42,765 bases of DNA from a virus: the IMG/VR virus record IMGVR_UViG_3300045988_007228, positions 1 through 42,765 of that record; one strand, given 5' to 3'. Positions within the stretch are counted from its first letter, which is position 1. Every line of letters begins with the position of its first letter. This document shows, one piece after another, positions 18,901 through 24,768 of this stretch. The notes under the pieces are model-generated. The model had not been told where the DNA came from, did no database searches, and was given only the letters and a program-made list of their open reading frames with translations. The position numbers and the translations under genes were made by a program.

Positions 18901-20755
18901 CGCATACAAAGAGGCAGAGGCGAACAGCGGCATCGCTCTGTGGAAGCAGATGGGCTTTTACGACACGAACATCGGCCGGGGTGTCCGCGACCAGATCAAG
19001 AACGCCGGGACGTGGAAGGACTCGACGGTCGAATTCCTTATGATGGGCGCAGAATGGGCAGACCGGCTGACGTGGGGACGCTTGTGGAACGCCTGCAAAG
19101 CGGAGGTGCGTGACAAGCAGAAGCTGACCGGCGACGCGCTGCTAAAGGCGACGGCCGAACGCTTCCGGGAGGTCATCTACTCGACGCAGGTGGTGGACAG
19201 CACGATGACACGCAGCCAGGCGATGCGCGCGACCGGCGTGTACGGTGCTGTATCTACGGCCTTTATGTCGGAACCGACGCTGTCGTACAATCTGCTGCTC
19301 AAGGCGTATACGGACTACACGGCGGAGCTGCGCGCGACCGGCGACAAAAAAGAAGCGTGGAGAAACGCAAGCGGGAAAATCGCAAGAGCGCTGGCGACCT
19401 ATCTTGTGTCGGCGACTGCTTCGGGGCTTGCCGAATCAATCGTGGACGCCTGCAGAGACGACGACGAGTACGCCACGTGGTTGGAGAAGTACCTGAGCGC
19501 GCTGATCGGCGCGAAATACAAAGACGGAAAGTTTTCCGGCGTGAACCCGCTTGAAAGCAACCTGTTCATGGACGTGGATATCCTCTCGAAGCTCCCGATC
19601 CTCAAGGATTTCATGTCGATGATCTCCGGGTACGAAAACGACCGGATGGACACGGAATGGATCAGCAACCTGATCGACGCATATCGGATCTGGGACGAGA
19701 CGATCAAGCTGGAGACAGGTGAGCTGGACGAGCCGACGGACGTGACGTACAACGGCAACATGACGCTGTACGGAAAGATCTACAAGACACTCAAGGCCGT
19801 TTCGCAGGCGACCGGCCTGCCGATCAGCGCGGCGAGCCGCGAGGTTGTAACGCTCTGGAACACCATCGCCGGAGCTGTCGGCAAGGGCGACGAGTGGACG
19901 ATCCATACCTATGACTCCGGGCCGGAGAGCCAGATCAAGTACGGCCTGATGGACGGTTACCTCACGCGCGAAGAGGCGCAGCAGCTGCTGGTCGAAAAAG
20001 GGCTCGCGGACAACGAGGATGATGCGTACTGGAAGGTTGACAAGTGGGCGACCGGCGAAGGAAAGTACGACGAGGCGCTCGCTGCGGTGCTCAGCGGCGA
20101 CAAGACCGCCTTCGATGCGCAGGCCAAGGAGTTGAAAGAGCACGGCATCGGCGAGAAGCAGCTGCAGTCTGCGGTGCGCTCGCAGGCAAAGGAGTGGTAC
20201 GTCGGCGACGACGACGGAAAGCGCTCGATCACGAAGGAACAGGCGCTGAAGATCCTGCAGCAGTACGGAGGAAAAGACGCCGACGAGGCGCAGAAACTGG
20301 TGCAGAAGTGGACGTGCGAGGTCGTGACCGGCACGGACTACGACGACATCAAGGATCTGTATCTCGACGGGAAGCTCACGCGGTCTCGCGCGGTAGACAT
20401 GCTGACGCGCTACGGCGGGATGAAGCAGGAGGATGCGCAGAACAAGATCGACACGGCGGACTTTGTGAAGGCACATCCGGAATGCGACGGCATCAGCGTT
20501 GAGGCCGTGCAGAAGTACAACGAGCAGGCGAAAGCGGCCGGCCTGGACGCGGGGACGTTCTGGCAAGCATATCAGTTTAAAAACGACGCAAGGACTACGC
20601 GCGACAGCAACGGCAAGGCCATCAGCGGTCAGGGAGCAATGGACAAGGTCGCTGCGTACATCGACGGGCTGGACATCAGTTCGGCGCAGAAAAACGCTCT
20701 GTTTTTGTGCTTCTACAGCCAAAAATCGCTCGGGAAGATCCGCTGGAGCAATTAA
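9968..20755 (+). CDS. Giant 3,595-aa multidomain protein; polyvalent-protein-like, probable virion-packaged/ejected protein
   Basis: Single uninterrupted ORF of 10.8 kb. Gly-rich hydrophobic segments around aa 325-480. HExxH (SHELTHF, nt 12893-12907) in a zincin-like context. Several blocks resemble LPD-type modules of polyvalent proteins (by memory). Long coiled coils. C-terminal helical repeats. Confidence 0.8.
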   Translation: MTVKKAAISIGDWLKSTGFSAEKTLASAQEQRKNLLQQMDNANASYLTGENRGALQNAFSNYQATMNVLRGAGYDTGNDVDVLRRAVHSSFDFQNQFKDENDFNVSYAYPKKYKGKTRTDVNAALAQLKNTPGAEAEYDWLNKNQMNYWSADELKAQIGAWQNEISGIERQRRNMPRMAAGSTDADYAKRQQEALALSGQIDERKAKIGKAQSLLTRKTYDDEISKWDTQMQRALSDYSKALSVSESANTEMAMAGNSAFVVQNSDYATNARNTVRSFEQQLRDYGYSDQQINGIRNYALTQQHANEASEMAQQAAQEAKEHPWLFSAMSVGTNMMAGAGALDIAAQNALNGTDPFTGEKMAVDRYTKSMVPSTVTNTIRGSVSEDMSGIGSFLYNTGMSMADSLATLAVGGATGLHGAADVILGGAAASQAITDAYDRGASDSQAMSVGLLYGTAEALFEHISLGKLRTFHTSAAAGKKTAKTLVKDMLKQSFVEGSEEVCTDIANVISDAIVMADKSEINQTIAAYQADGMSEDEATRRAWLDWLGHTAQDFAGGMISGGVMTGGDMALNAGMRSANYRETGRQITANDYADILRHAAEESGDENLRKLAGKKQTNRNTGKLYEATQEANLTQAVSDRLGALGTPENDVQELTGLVVKQIKGQELTGKEQRKFDASKQAQRAASEYASLFTRDADRTTNAWARSHMRDAAELERNAIYGGARKTDAGQTQMHHAEKNAEVQVNGEAAQVQALRYDQESGSVELSVKAKNGDVQRVSVKDAKLPEGTRLLAESAEKYGETAPQMYANYQNGQDVERYASAYEVAYSYGRAGVKNYAVLENSGAASYLTPEQRKFAYETGLAAARRESDAKSAAAKSSEIQAGSVTLEGGKLGNVTLAAVNTAGLTRKQTASIDVARKVAEATGVNVVFFESQTGEDGKYLGMNGAYRDGTIYLDVNAGKNNVDTGETAILKTMSHELTHFIQQNSGQYEALKEFVTNHVLESGDSIERLARQKLDNDSTGELTMDGAMDEVVADACEMMLRNTEAVQRLANENRSLAEKIRDWIGDFVKKLRAAFKGDHATHDEARAMLDRMVELQKIWDDALVDAAKVNAGRAGEIASNGVQESSRGKYWRPDLNQQEWSLLNRRMEKELDSGKQYLDESTKWLYAEEKGVKVFALYGVGDGTEATTLYAVGGKQAALQNANIAEYVERSREYDRDGRSVDSWVELLRRKKGSRGRNLSQGQGPTGASGTAHGLYGGSPRGNGGRTSGRGSENQRKVKEQFSLREPVEQVRDLVAVHGLTEQNLRGALALGGLPMPSIAVVKAAQGHSKYGPISMVFGRESIDPQVDPRNKIYGGDAYTPTAPAVEYPVNYDRMRAVENRISELSKSVAGGVFWNSTALQRAGAGEESSISAEEMAQKLARDDSVRAAYLADHGETLEPVMQTKEFNRYGNDALAKLVQKIGVQELAHVEADMETGDYQSAREIEDTVRQIIRDSYEEQHRRFLDRKPELKEKRLDHFMDNNVHTSTVEDFIQDAWAFYEDQGATADEVDRLATSDKLHEATDTEDVKAWLLPQLKSVFGEPGIYNGKERYTASGDRRSFSQLHWEYTLENIVSAMAETQKERGGQTWGTSAGAMQAVSAEDFSSIDEVKAASGRLGKVEGEQYEAAKNAVENLIDQATRAVMRETRPHADNSFDEREIIGDVMMEAAKGKRTARAIQQAFAKEGYSVSEETARRIQEVYQAAAALSTEYFEAKPQRAVGFDEVKVAIVPDNINAELKQQLEAAGVPVQEYRAGDEGQRLRILNSDKSWQFSERDYSYEILTAKPDMRVTNVEDRVSYRPAREARKEIVARAIANAKKIGRTNENGNAVVRVADTGDEVILSAKGLRHGLDRRFSVNAPVTLKAGEIIRNAIRINEFTPENAQVDASYALIGAAKNAKNEPYIVQFVVNRISNEVTDVDVLYAVNAKKEPGALLPDVTGTDVPAILTDSAISIRSLLDYVNRYFPDVLPESVLRHYSYERRPAGKLGESALYQHRDDTRTDRDVLSDAADGDAANVREMEMLRDYREKLQKYSSLTRRLEQQRELAQNAESKEERLKARNRADNLAAQVSRADAQLTRMQNAKPLRELVARELKTRDSLAKENAMLRDRVEYLRGQMQRTKEATTDPKAVREAAKDIIERTGSSIGVDEVMSQLQELYDGIARATGDNGLTYAEIQQRADDLAHDILNDVTAVDDTMYREYEDLRRYFKGQQLVVSAADRGEIPDFGDFRRRNMGRMRLKNGERTNVDQVYAELSELYPEFFDQNRESQPSDQLYRIADVLDAVYSVNEYNPNAQYMREATQSVSNEILEQFFDLPQQRTFADRQAKKDEQQKTHYLNQINELRKANDTRIAELRAQNRKRLQEAIAREREKRDEQIARLKDRNAADKARREESAAVAKYRPRIEQKAKRLSDWLLKNSDKEHIPEPLKLAVGEFLESIDFTSKRALDGGALTKKDIQRSLRYTDRMQKLLDSLRGQNEDGTSDLGLYLDIPDGFLEEMQTHISIAADIISQNPGESVVSKMKLEQLQQLDRMLTILTRSIQNANKLKANAHFETARQAAQATVLELDRLGQAKGRSQRGEKVAGFFSWENTTPYYAFQRFGEGGKAIFEALSAGWDQMAFNTKSVMRFTEQTYKPEEVKAWSKETHTIELESGKTVKMTTAQMMAFYCLSKREQAVGHLLGGGMRVEDIQNSGRKGNIKQAKPFLLTQEDIIKINGALTKRQREVADKLQKYMTQQGSEWGNRVSMERFGYRAFTEENYFPIETMDSDRDERGVPQKENDMFRLLNMSATKSLVYKANNALVVHDIFDVFANHMTDMAKYDALALPILDAMKWYNYREKQKLENGHVLTTTVQRSLEQAYGTDANKYFTTFIKDLNGVNEGGRGEGFAKKMLSNYKVAAVAANLRVALLQPTAYVRAVGVMDPKYLVKAFAEGKSAYKEAEANSGIALWKQMGFYDTNIGRGVRDQIKNAGTWKDSTVEFLMMGAEWADRLTWGRLWNACKAEVRDKQKLTGDALLKATAERFREVIYSTQVVDSTMTRSQAMRATGVYGAVSTAFMSEPTLSYNLLLKAYTDYTAELRATGDKKEAWRNASGKIARALATYLVSATASGLAESIVDACRDDDEYATWLEKYLSALIGAKYKDGKFSGVNPLESNLFMDVDILSKLPILKDFMSMISGYENDRMDTEWISNLIDAYRIWDETIKLETGELDEPTDVTYNGNMTLYGKIYKTLKAVSQATGLPISAASREVVTLWNTIAGAVGKGDEWTIHTYDSGPESQIKYGLMDGYLTREEAQQLLVEKGLADNEDDAYWKVDKWATGEGKYDEALAAVLSGDKTAFDAQAKELKEHGIGEKQLQSAVRSQAKEWYVGDDDGKRSITKEQALKILQQYGGKDADEAQKLVQKWTCEVVTGTDYDDIKDLYLDGKLTRSRAVDMLTRYGGMKQEDAQNKIDTADFVKAHPECDGISVEAVQKYNEQAKAAGLDAGTFWQAYQFKNDARTTRDSNGKAISGQGAMDKVAAYIDGLDISSAQKNALFLCFYSQKSLGKIRWSN
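13611..13805 (+). CDS. Nested out-of-frame 64-codon ORF inside the giant gene (candidate overlapping gene)
   Basis: GAGGAG 8 nt upstream of ATG 13611. Translation MTEMDDLLIRGLSCFGVRKGAGAEIYLRVKGQPELQERLMDYMADHREATAEELLDVARRISAK is globular-looking. The codon-position GC pattern favours this frame over the giant frame here. Confidence 0.5.
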   Translation: MTEMDDLLIRGLSCFGVRKGAGAEIYLRVKGQPELQERLMDYMADHREATAEELLDVARRISAK

Positions 20756-20761
20756 ATCTGC

Positions 20762-20792
20762 GGGAGGGATAGAAATATACCTCCCATTTTTA
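20762..20792 (+). terminator. Weak rho-independent terminator after the giant gene
   Basis: gggagg / cctccc 6-bp stem, 12-nt loop, then ATTTTTA. Confidence 0.45.
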
Positions 20793-20823
20793 TATTGTAG
20801 AATCAATGGAAGGAGGCCACCAC

Positions 20824-22779
20824 ATGACTATCACAATCGCAGACGGCCGCGGGGCGCTGTGGCAGTGGGACACCGGGCGGCGCTTGCGCGTGGGCAGCGG
20901 CGTGGAGCAGGTCCACTATCAAAATAGGTGCTTTGGCCGCAGCGTGGACGTGAACGTCGGCACAGACGGCACGGCCATCATCCCGGACGAGTTGCTGCAG
21001 GACTGCCACACGCTGACGGCCTACGCCTACGTCACCGACGACACCGGCGCGTACACGATGGTGCAGCAGGACTTTGCAGTGCACAAGCGCGCGAAGCCCG
21101 CCGGGTATACATACACCCCGACAGACCAGATGACGTTGCGGACGATCCAGCACCAGATCGGCGACCTTGCTGACCTGACAACGGAGGCAAAGGAAAATCT
21201 TGTTGCGGCCATCAATGAGGTGGCACGGATGGGCGGACGCATGAGCTTGCGCGTAGCGGACGACTACATCCAGTACAGCACAGATAGCGGAAGCGCGTGG
21301 CAAAATCTCATCGCCGTGGCCGAGCTCAAGGGTGCGGACGGTTCGCAAGGCCCAAGAGGCGAGCCCGGCGCGAAGGGTGACCCCGGCGAGAAAGGCGACC
21401 CCGGCGCAAAGGGCGATACGGGCGCAACAGGCCCGGCGGGTCCGCAAGGCCCAGTTGGCGCTCCGGGCAAGAATGGCGCGGATGGCAAACCGGGAGCGGC
21501 TGGTGCTGACGGTGCAGCAGGTGCTGACGGAAAAAGTGCCTATGAATATGCGGCTGAAGGCGGATACGGCGGAACTGAAGAAGAATTTGCTTCTGAACTT
21601 GGCAGACTTTTCGGCGGAAGCACTGCAACGGTTCTTTCGGATAACCTTTTTGATAAAAGTATCGCAACTACAGGCAAGATTTTTTATCATTCCTCTTCTG
21701 GACCGTCTTTGGTTGACGTTAGTAATGGCTTTTATGCTTATGTTCCCCTTCGTGGAGCGGGTACTTATACAGCAATGATTTGTTGGGTTAATCATGGCGA
21801 ATCGTATGCAAAGAGAGTACCGATTTTGAAAGCAGATAAAACTTTCCTGCAAAATGTCACAGGTACTCTTACTAAAATAGATTCAAATTTCGGGTATATC
21901 GAATTTACAATTACAGAAACAATGATATCCAACGGAGCGGCTCTTTATGCTTTTGACGGTTCAACCAATGTTTCACCCACACTTGATGAAGTAATGATTG
22001 TAAAGGACAGAGAATATCCGAGCAAATATATCCCTTACGGCTATATAGAAGTGGAGGTCGAAGGCGCTGACCCAGTGAACATACTTAGCGGAAAGACCGC
22101 CGTATTTCTTGGCGACAGCATTTGTGCAGGAACGACAACTCTTGAGAGTGCGGCGGAATATGGCTATGGCTGGGGCGGACTTATCGGTGAAGCAAACAAA
22201 ATGAAATGGAAAAACTTTGGCAGAAACGGCGGAACTATTGCACCGATTTCTTCTGTTGAAGAAGCAAGGCGGGTTCCGGTACAGGTCGATTTGGCGCTTG
22301 CACAATACCCTGACGCCGATTATGTAATTTTTGAGGGAGGGTGCAACGATGCGGACACCCTTGGAGAAAGCAATCTCGGAACATTTTCTGCGAGCGGATA
22401 TGCTCCCGAAGACACTTCGACTTTCACGGGAGCTTTTGAGGTTCTTGTTCTTAAAATACTCAATTCCTTCCCTAACGCCAAAATCGGATATATCGTTGCA
22501 CAGAAAATGGGGGTTTCGGATGATTACGGTTCTGCAAACAACCGTTATCGAAAATTTTTCGACAGAGCTGTTGAAATCTGCCAAAAGTGGGGAATCCCCG
22601 TTATAGACCTTTGGAACGAAACTCCGCTAAACCCAAAACTTGCGATTCATTACGACAGCTCTCTTACCGCAGACCAAGCAAACGAAAACGAAAAATGCTA
22701 TACGGACGGACAGCACCTTACTCTTACAGGTTACAAAAAACTGCAAAACCCTGTTGAAGAATTTATGAGGAAACTGTAA
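20824..22779 (+). CDS. Tail fibre/spike with collagen-like stalk and C-terminal SGNH/GDSL hydrolase domain
   Basis: Start ATG 20824 has GGAAGGAGG 7 nt upstream (the track start 20806 is less likely). About 23 G-X-Y triplets. SGNH blocks FLGDSICAG, GGCNDA and DGQHLT in the C-terminal part. Confidence 0.75.
   Translation: MTITIADGRGALWQWDTGRRLRVGSGVEQVHYQNRCFGRSVDVNVGTDGTAIIPDELLQDCHTLTAYAYVTDDTGAYTMVQQDFAVHKRAKPAGYTYTPTDQMTLRTIQHQIGDLADLTTEAKENLVAAINEVARMGGRMSLRVADDYIQYSTDSGSAWQNLIAVAELKGADGSQGPRGEPGAKGDPGEKGDPGAKGDTGATGPAGPQGPVGAPGKNGADGKPGAAGADGAAGADGKSAYEYAAEGGYGGTEEEFASELGRLFGGSTATVLSDNLFDKSIATTGKIFYHSSSGPSLVDVSNGFYAYVPLRGAGTYTAMICWVNHGESYAKRVPILKADKTFLQNVTGTLTKIDSNFGYIEFTITETMISNGAALYAFDGSTNVSPTLDEVMIVKDREYPSKYIPYGYIEVEVEGADPVNILSGKTAVFLGDSICAGTTTLESAAEYGYGWGGLIGEANKMKWKNFGRNGGTIAPISSVEEARRVPVQVDLALAQYPDADYVIFEGGCNDADTLGESNLGTFSASGYAPEDTSTFTGAFEVLVLKILNSFPNAKIGYIVAQKMGVSDDYGSANNRYRKFFDRAVEICQKWGIPVIDLWNETPLNPKLAIHYDSSLTADQANENEKCYTDGQHLTLTGYKKLQNPVEEFMRKL
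21331..21536 (+). repeat. Collagen-like G-X-Y triplet repeat region within the fibre gene
   Basis: GADGSQGPRGEPGAKGDPGEKGDPGAKGDTGATGPAGPQGPVGAPGKNGADGKPGAAGADGAAGADGKS. Confidence 0.85.
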
Positions 22780-22871
22780 TGATAAGTATTTTTCATTTAC
22801 TTTGGATAGTTCCCCTTGCAGGTTCTATCGGATTTATGACGGCGGCAATGCTTGCTGTAAGCAGCAAATAA
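22779..22871 (+). CDS. 30-aa hydrophobic peptide (candidate membrane peptide)
   Basis: TAATG overlap with the fibre stop. MISIFHLLWIVPLAGSIGFMTAAMLAVSSK has one predicted TM span. Below the ORF-track size cut-off. AT-rich context. Confidence 0.35.
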   Translation: MISIFHLLWIVPLAGSIGFMTAAMLAVSSK

Positions 22872-22919
22872 CAAAAGCCATGCCTTTCGGTGGGGCGGTA
22901 TGTGGAGAAAGGAGCATAA

Positions 22920-23048
22920 ATGGCCACATTTGAAGAGCAGTACAGGAAATACAGCACCAACGCATATTCAAAGGGCGATAAAGTCACACACAGTGGGAAA
23001 ACATGGATATCTGATGTTGAAAACAACGTGTGGGAGGCGGAGAGCTGA
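22920..23048 (+). CDS. 42-aa protein with a short carbohydrate-binding-like motif
   Basis: GGAGAAAGGAG RBS. MATFEEQYRKYSTNAYSKGDKVTHSGKTWISDVENNVWEAES resembles CBM5/12-type short beta-hairpin modules (by eye). The stop overlaps the endolysin start (TGATG). Confidence 0.45.
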   Translation: MATFEEQYRKYSTNAYSKGDKVTHSGKTWISDVENNVWEAES

Positions 23049-23908
23049 TGGAATTTGTTTCTTGCAACAAGGCCAATTACCGCGCCGGGCGCACGCAGCC
23101 GGTGCGGTACATCGTGATGCACTACACGGCAAACAACGGCGACACGGCAAAAAACAACTGCGACTACTACCACCGCGTGGGCGGCCTGCAGGCAAGCGCA
23201 CACTATTTCGTGGACGAGCACGGCGCGATGCAGTCCGTGCGCGAGGGCGACACGGCGTGGCACTGCGGCGCGCGGGCGTACTGGCACCCCGAGTGCCGCA
23301 ACGGCAACAGCATCGGCATCGAGATGTGCAGCCGCAAGCGCGCCGACGGCAGCTACTACATCAAGCCGGAGACCGTGGCAAACGCCGCGGCGCTGGCGCG
23401 GGAGATCATGCAGCGCTATGGCATCGACACGGAGCACGTTGTGCGGCACTACGACGTGACGGGCAAGCGCTGCCCCATGCCGTGGGTGGATGACCCGGCG
23501 CAGTGGACGGCATTTCTGGCCATGCTGACGCCGGAACACCCGAACGAAGAGGAGGATGAAAACATGGTAAAGTACAAGACGATTGATGACGTCCCTGAAT
23601 GGTACAGAAGTGAGGTTCAGGAATTGATGGATGCTGGCGCTCTGAAAGGCACTGGCAATGGAGCCATCGACATCTCTGAAGATGTCGTGCGCGGCGCGAT
23701 TATCGGCATGCGCTATGGCGAGGCACGCAATCCGCGCTACTACAGCCTGGACGACGTGCCCACATGGGCGCGCGAGGAGACGCAGAAGCTGATCGCCCGC
23801 GGCGCGCTGCAGGGCGACGGCAAGCACGCAATCAACGTCACGTATGACGCGCTGCAGGCGATGATCGTCTGTCAGCGGATGATTGACGCCGCTGGCGGCG
23901 GGAAGTGA
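23048..23908 (+). CDS. Endolysin: N-acetylmuramoyl-L-alanine amidase (Amidase_2/PGRP type) with two C-terminal wall-binding-like repeats
   Basis: YIVMHYTANNGDTAKNNCDYY...ASAHYFVD...SIGIEMC is typical of Amidase_2. Two repeats of about 45 aa (DDVPEWYRSEVQELMDAGALKG / DDVPTWAREETQKLIARGALQG). Confidence 0.85.
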   Translation: MEFVSCNKANYRAGRTQPVRYIVMHYTANNGDTAKNNCDYYHRVGGLQASAHYFVDEHGAMQSVREGDTAWHCGARAYWHPECRNGNSIGIEMCSRKRADGSYYIKPETVANAAALAREIMQRYGIDTEHVVRHYDVTGKRCPMPWVDDPAQWTAFLAMLTPEHPNEEEDENMVKYKTIDDVPEWYRSEVQELMDAGALKGTGNGAIDISEDVVRGAIIGMRYGEARNPRYYSLDDVPTWAREETQKLIARGALQGDGKHAINVTYDALQAMIVCQRMIDAAGGGK

Positions 23909-23915
23909 GGCGCGG

Positions 23916-24188
23916 ATGTCGGAGGTTATCATTGCCGCGCTGGTCAGCGCAGCGGCCGCCATTGTGGTCGGCCTCATCAACAGCCGCGCGCAGCACAACA
24001 AGCTGATCGCGGAGCTGGACAAGCGCGACGAGCTGCAGGCGTATCGCATTGAGCAGCTCGAGCGCAAGGTGGACAAGCACAATCAGGTCATCGCGCGTAC
24101 ATATAAACTGGAGGAGTGCACCGAGCTCCTCGGCGAGCGCATCAAGGTGGCCAATCACCGGATCGATGATCTGGAGCACAAAAATTAA
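23916..24188 (+). CDS. N-terminally membrane-anchored coiled-coil protein, putative lysis accessory factor
   Basis: 90 aa. TM segment VIIAALVSAAAAIVVGLI followed by a heptad-like coiled coil. Sits between the endolysin and holin genes. Confidence 0.5.
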   Translation: MSEVIIAALVSAAAAIVVGLINSRAQHNKLIAELDKRDELQAYRIEQLERKVDKHNQVIARTYKLEECTELLGERIKVANHRIDDLEHKN

Positions 24189-24203
24189 GAGGAGGACATC
24201 ATT

Positions 24204-24467
24204 ATGGAACTTGGTATTGCATCTGTGGCGGCGATCACTGCCATCGCGTATCTGCTGGGCATGGCCGTCAAGGCCACCAGCGTGGCCGATAAATGGATCC
24301 CCATCATCTGCGGCGCGGCCGGCCTGATCCTCGGCGTCGTCGCCTGGGCGATGGGCGTGCCGGACTTTCCGGCGCACGACTGGCTCAACGCTGCCGCCGT
24401 CGGCATCGTGTCCGGCTGGGCGGCGACGGGGCTTAACCAGAGCGTCAAGCAGCTGACCGAGAAATAA
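24204..24467 (+). CDS. Holin
   Basis: 87 aa. AAGAGGAGG RBS. Three hydrophobic segments and a charged C-terminus (KQLTEK). Adjacent to the endolysin gene. Confidence 0.7.
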   Translation: MELGIASVAAITAIAYLLGMAVKATSVADKWIPIICGAAGLILGVVAWAMGVPDFPAHDWLNAAAVGIVSGWAATGLNQSVKQLTEK

Positions 24468-24477
24468 TAATTAAGAA

Positions 24478-24513
24478 ACGCCTGGGAGAACCAATGTTTT
24501 CCCAGACGTTTTT
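24478..24513 (+). terminator. Rho-independent terminator ending the late operon
   Basis: acgcctggga / tcccagacgt 10-bp stem (one mismatch), 12-nt loop, then TTTTT. Confidence 0.65.
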
Positions 24514-24600
24514 CATCAAATAAGAGTATGAAACAGAGTTTGAAATAGGGCTAAATTTGTCTGTATTTCACTGCATTTTTCATTTTTGGGGCAAAAATCA

Positions 24601-24644
24601 GAGAACCGGAAAACACTGATTTATCAGCATATTCCGGCTCTCTT
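24601..24644 (-). terminator. Terminator hairpin downstream of the tRNA (minus strand)
   Basis: gagaaccggaa ... ttccggctctc inverted repeat directly 3' of the tRNA, followed on the minus strand by GATTTTTG. Confidence 0.5.
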
Positions 24645-24720
24645 TGGTCCGAGTGAGAAGATTCGAACTTCCGGCCTCTTGAACCCCATTCAAGCACGCT
24701 ACCAACTGCGCTACACCCGG
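24645..24720 (-). tRNA. tRNA-Pro, anticodon GGG, CCA encoded
   Basis: Hand-folded cloverleaf. Acceptor CCGGGTG/CACTCGG (one G-U pair), D arm GCGC/GCGT, anticodon stem CTTGA/TCAAG, loop AUGGGGU (U33, G37), T arm GGAAG-TTCGAAT-CTTCT, discriminator A plus CCA. 76 nt. Confidence 0.85.
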
Positions 24721-24739
24721 ATATCACATTTACTCAAAT

Positions 24740-24768
24740 AATATAGCACACCGCGCAAAAAAATGCAA
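24740..24768 (-). promoter_or_regulatory. Promoter for tRNA-Pro
   Basis: On the minus strand: TTGCAT (24768-24763), 17-nt spacer, TGcTATATT extended -10 (TATATT = 24745-24740). About 19 nt before the tRNA 5' end. Confidence 0.6.

Noticed and set aside
9968-20755. The idea that the 3,595-aa ORF is an N4-like virion RNA polymerase (similar size) or a tape-measure protein.
   Set aside because: I could find no coherent single-subunit RNAP motif set, only an isolated TNIGR string. There is no DxDGD-type double-psi-barrel motif. A tape measure of this length would imply an absurdly long tail, and no tube gene exists. The HExxH and LPD-like blocks fit a polyvalent/ejection protein better.
20806-20823. 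ATG 20806 as the fibre gene start.
   Set aside because: The GGAAGGAGG Shine-Dalgarno overlaps this ATG and is correctly spaced for ATG 20824.
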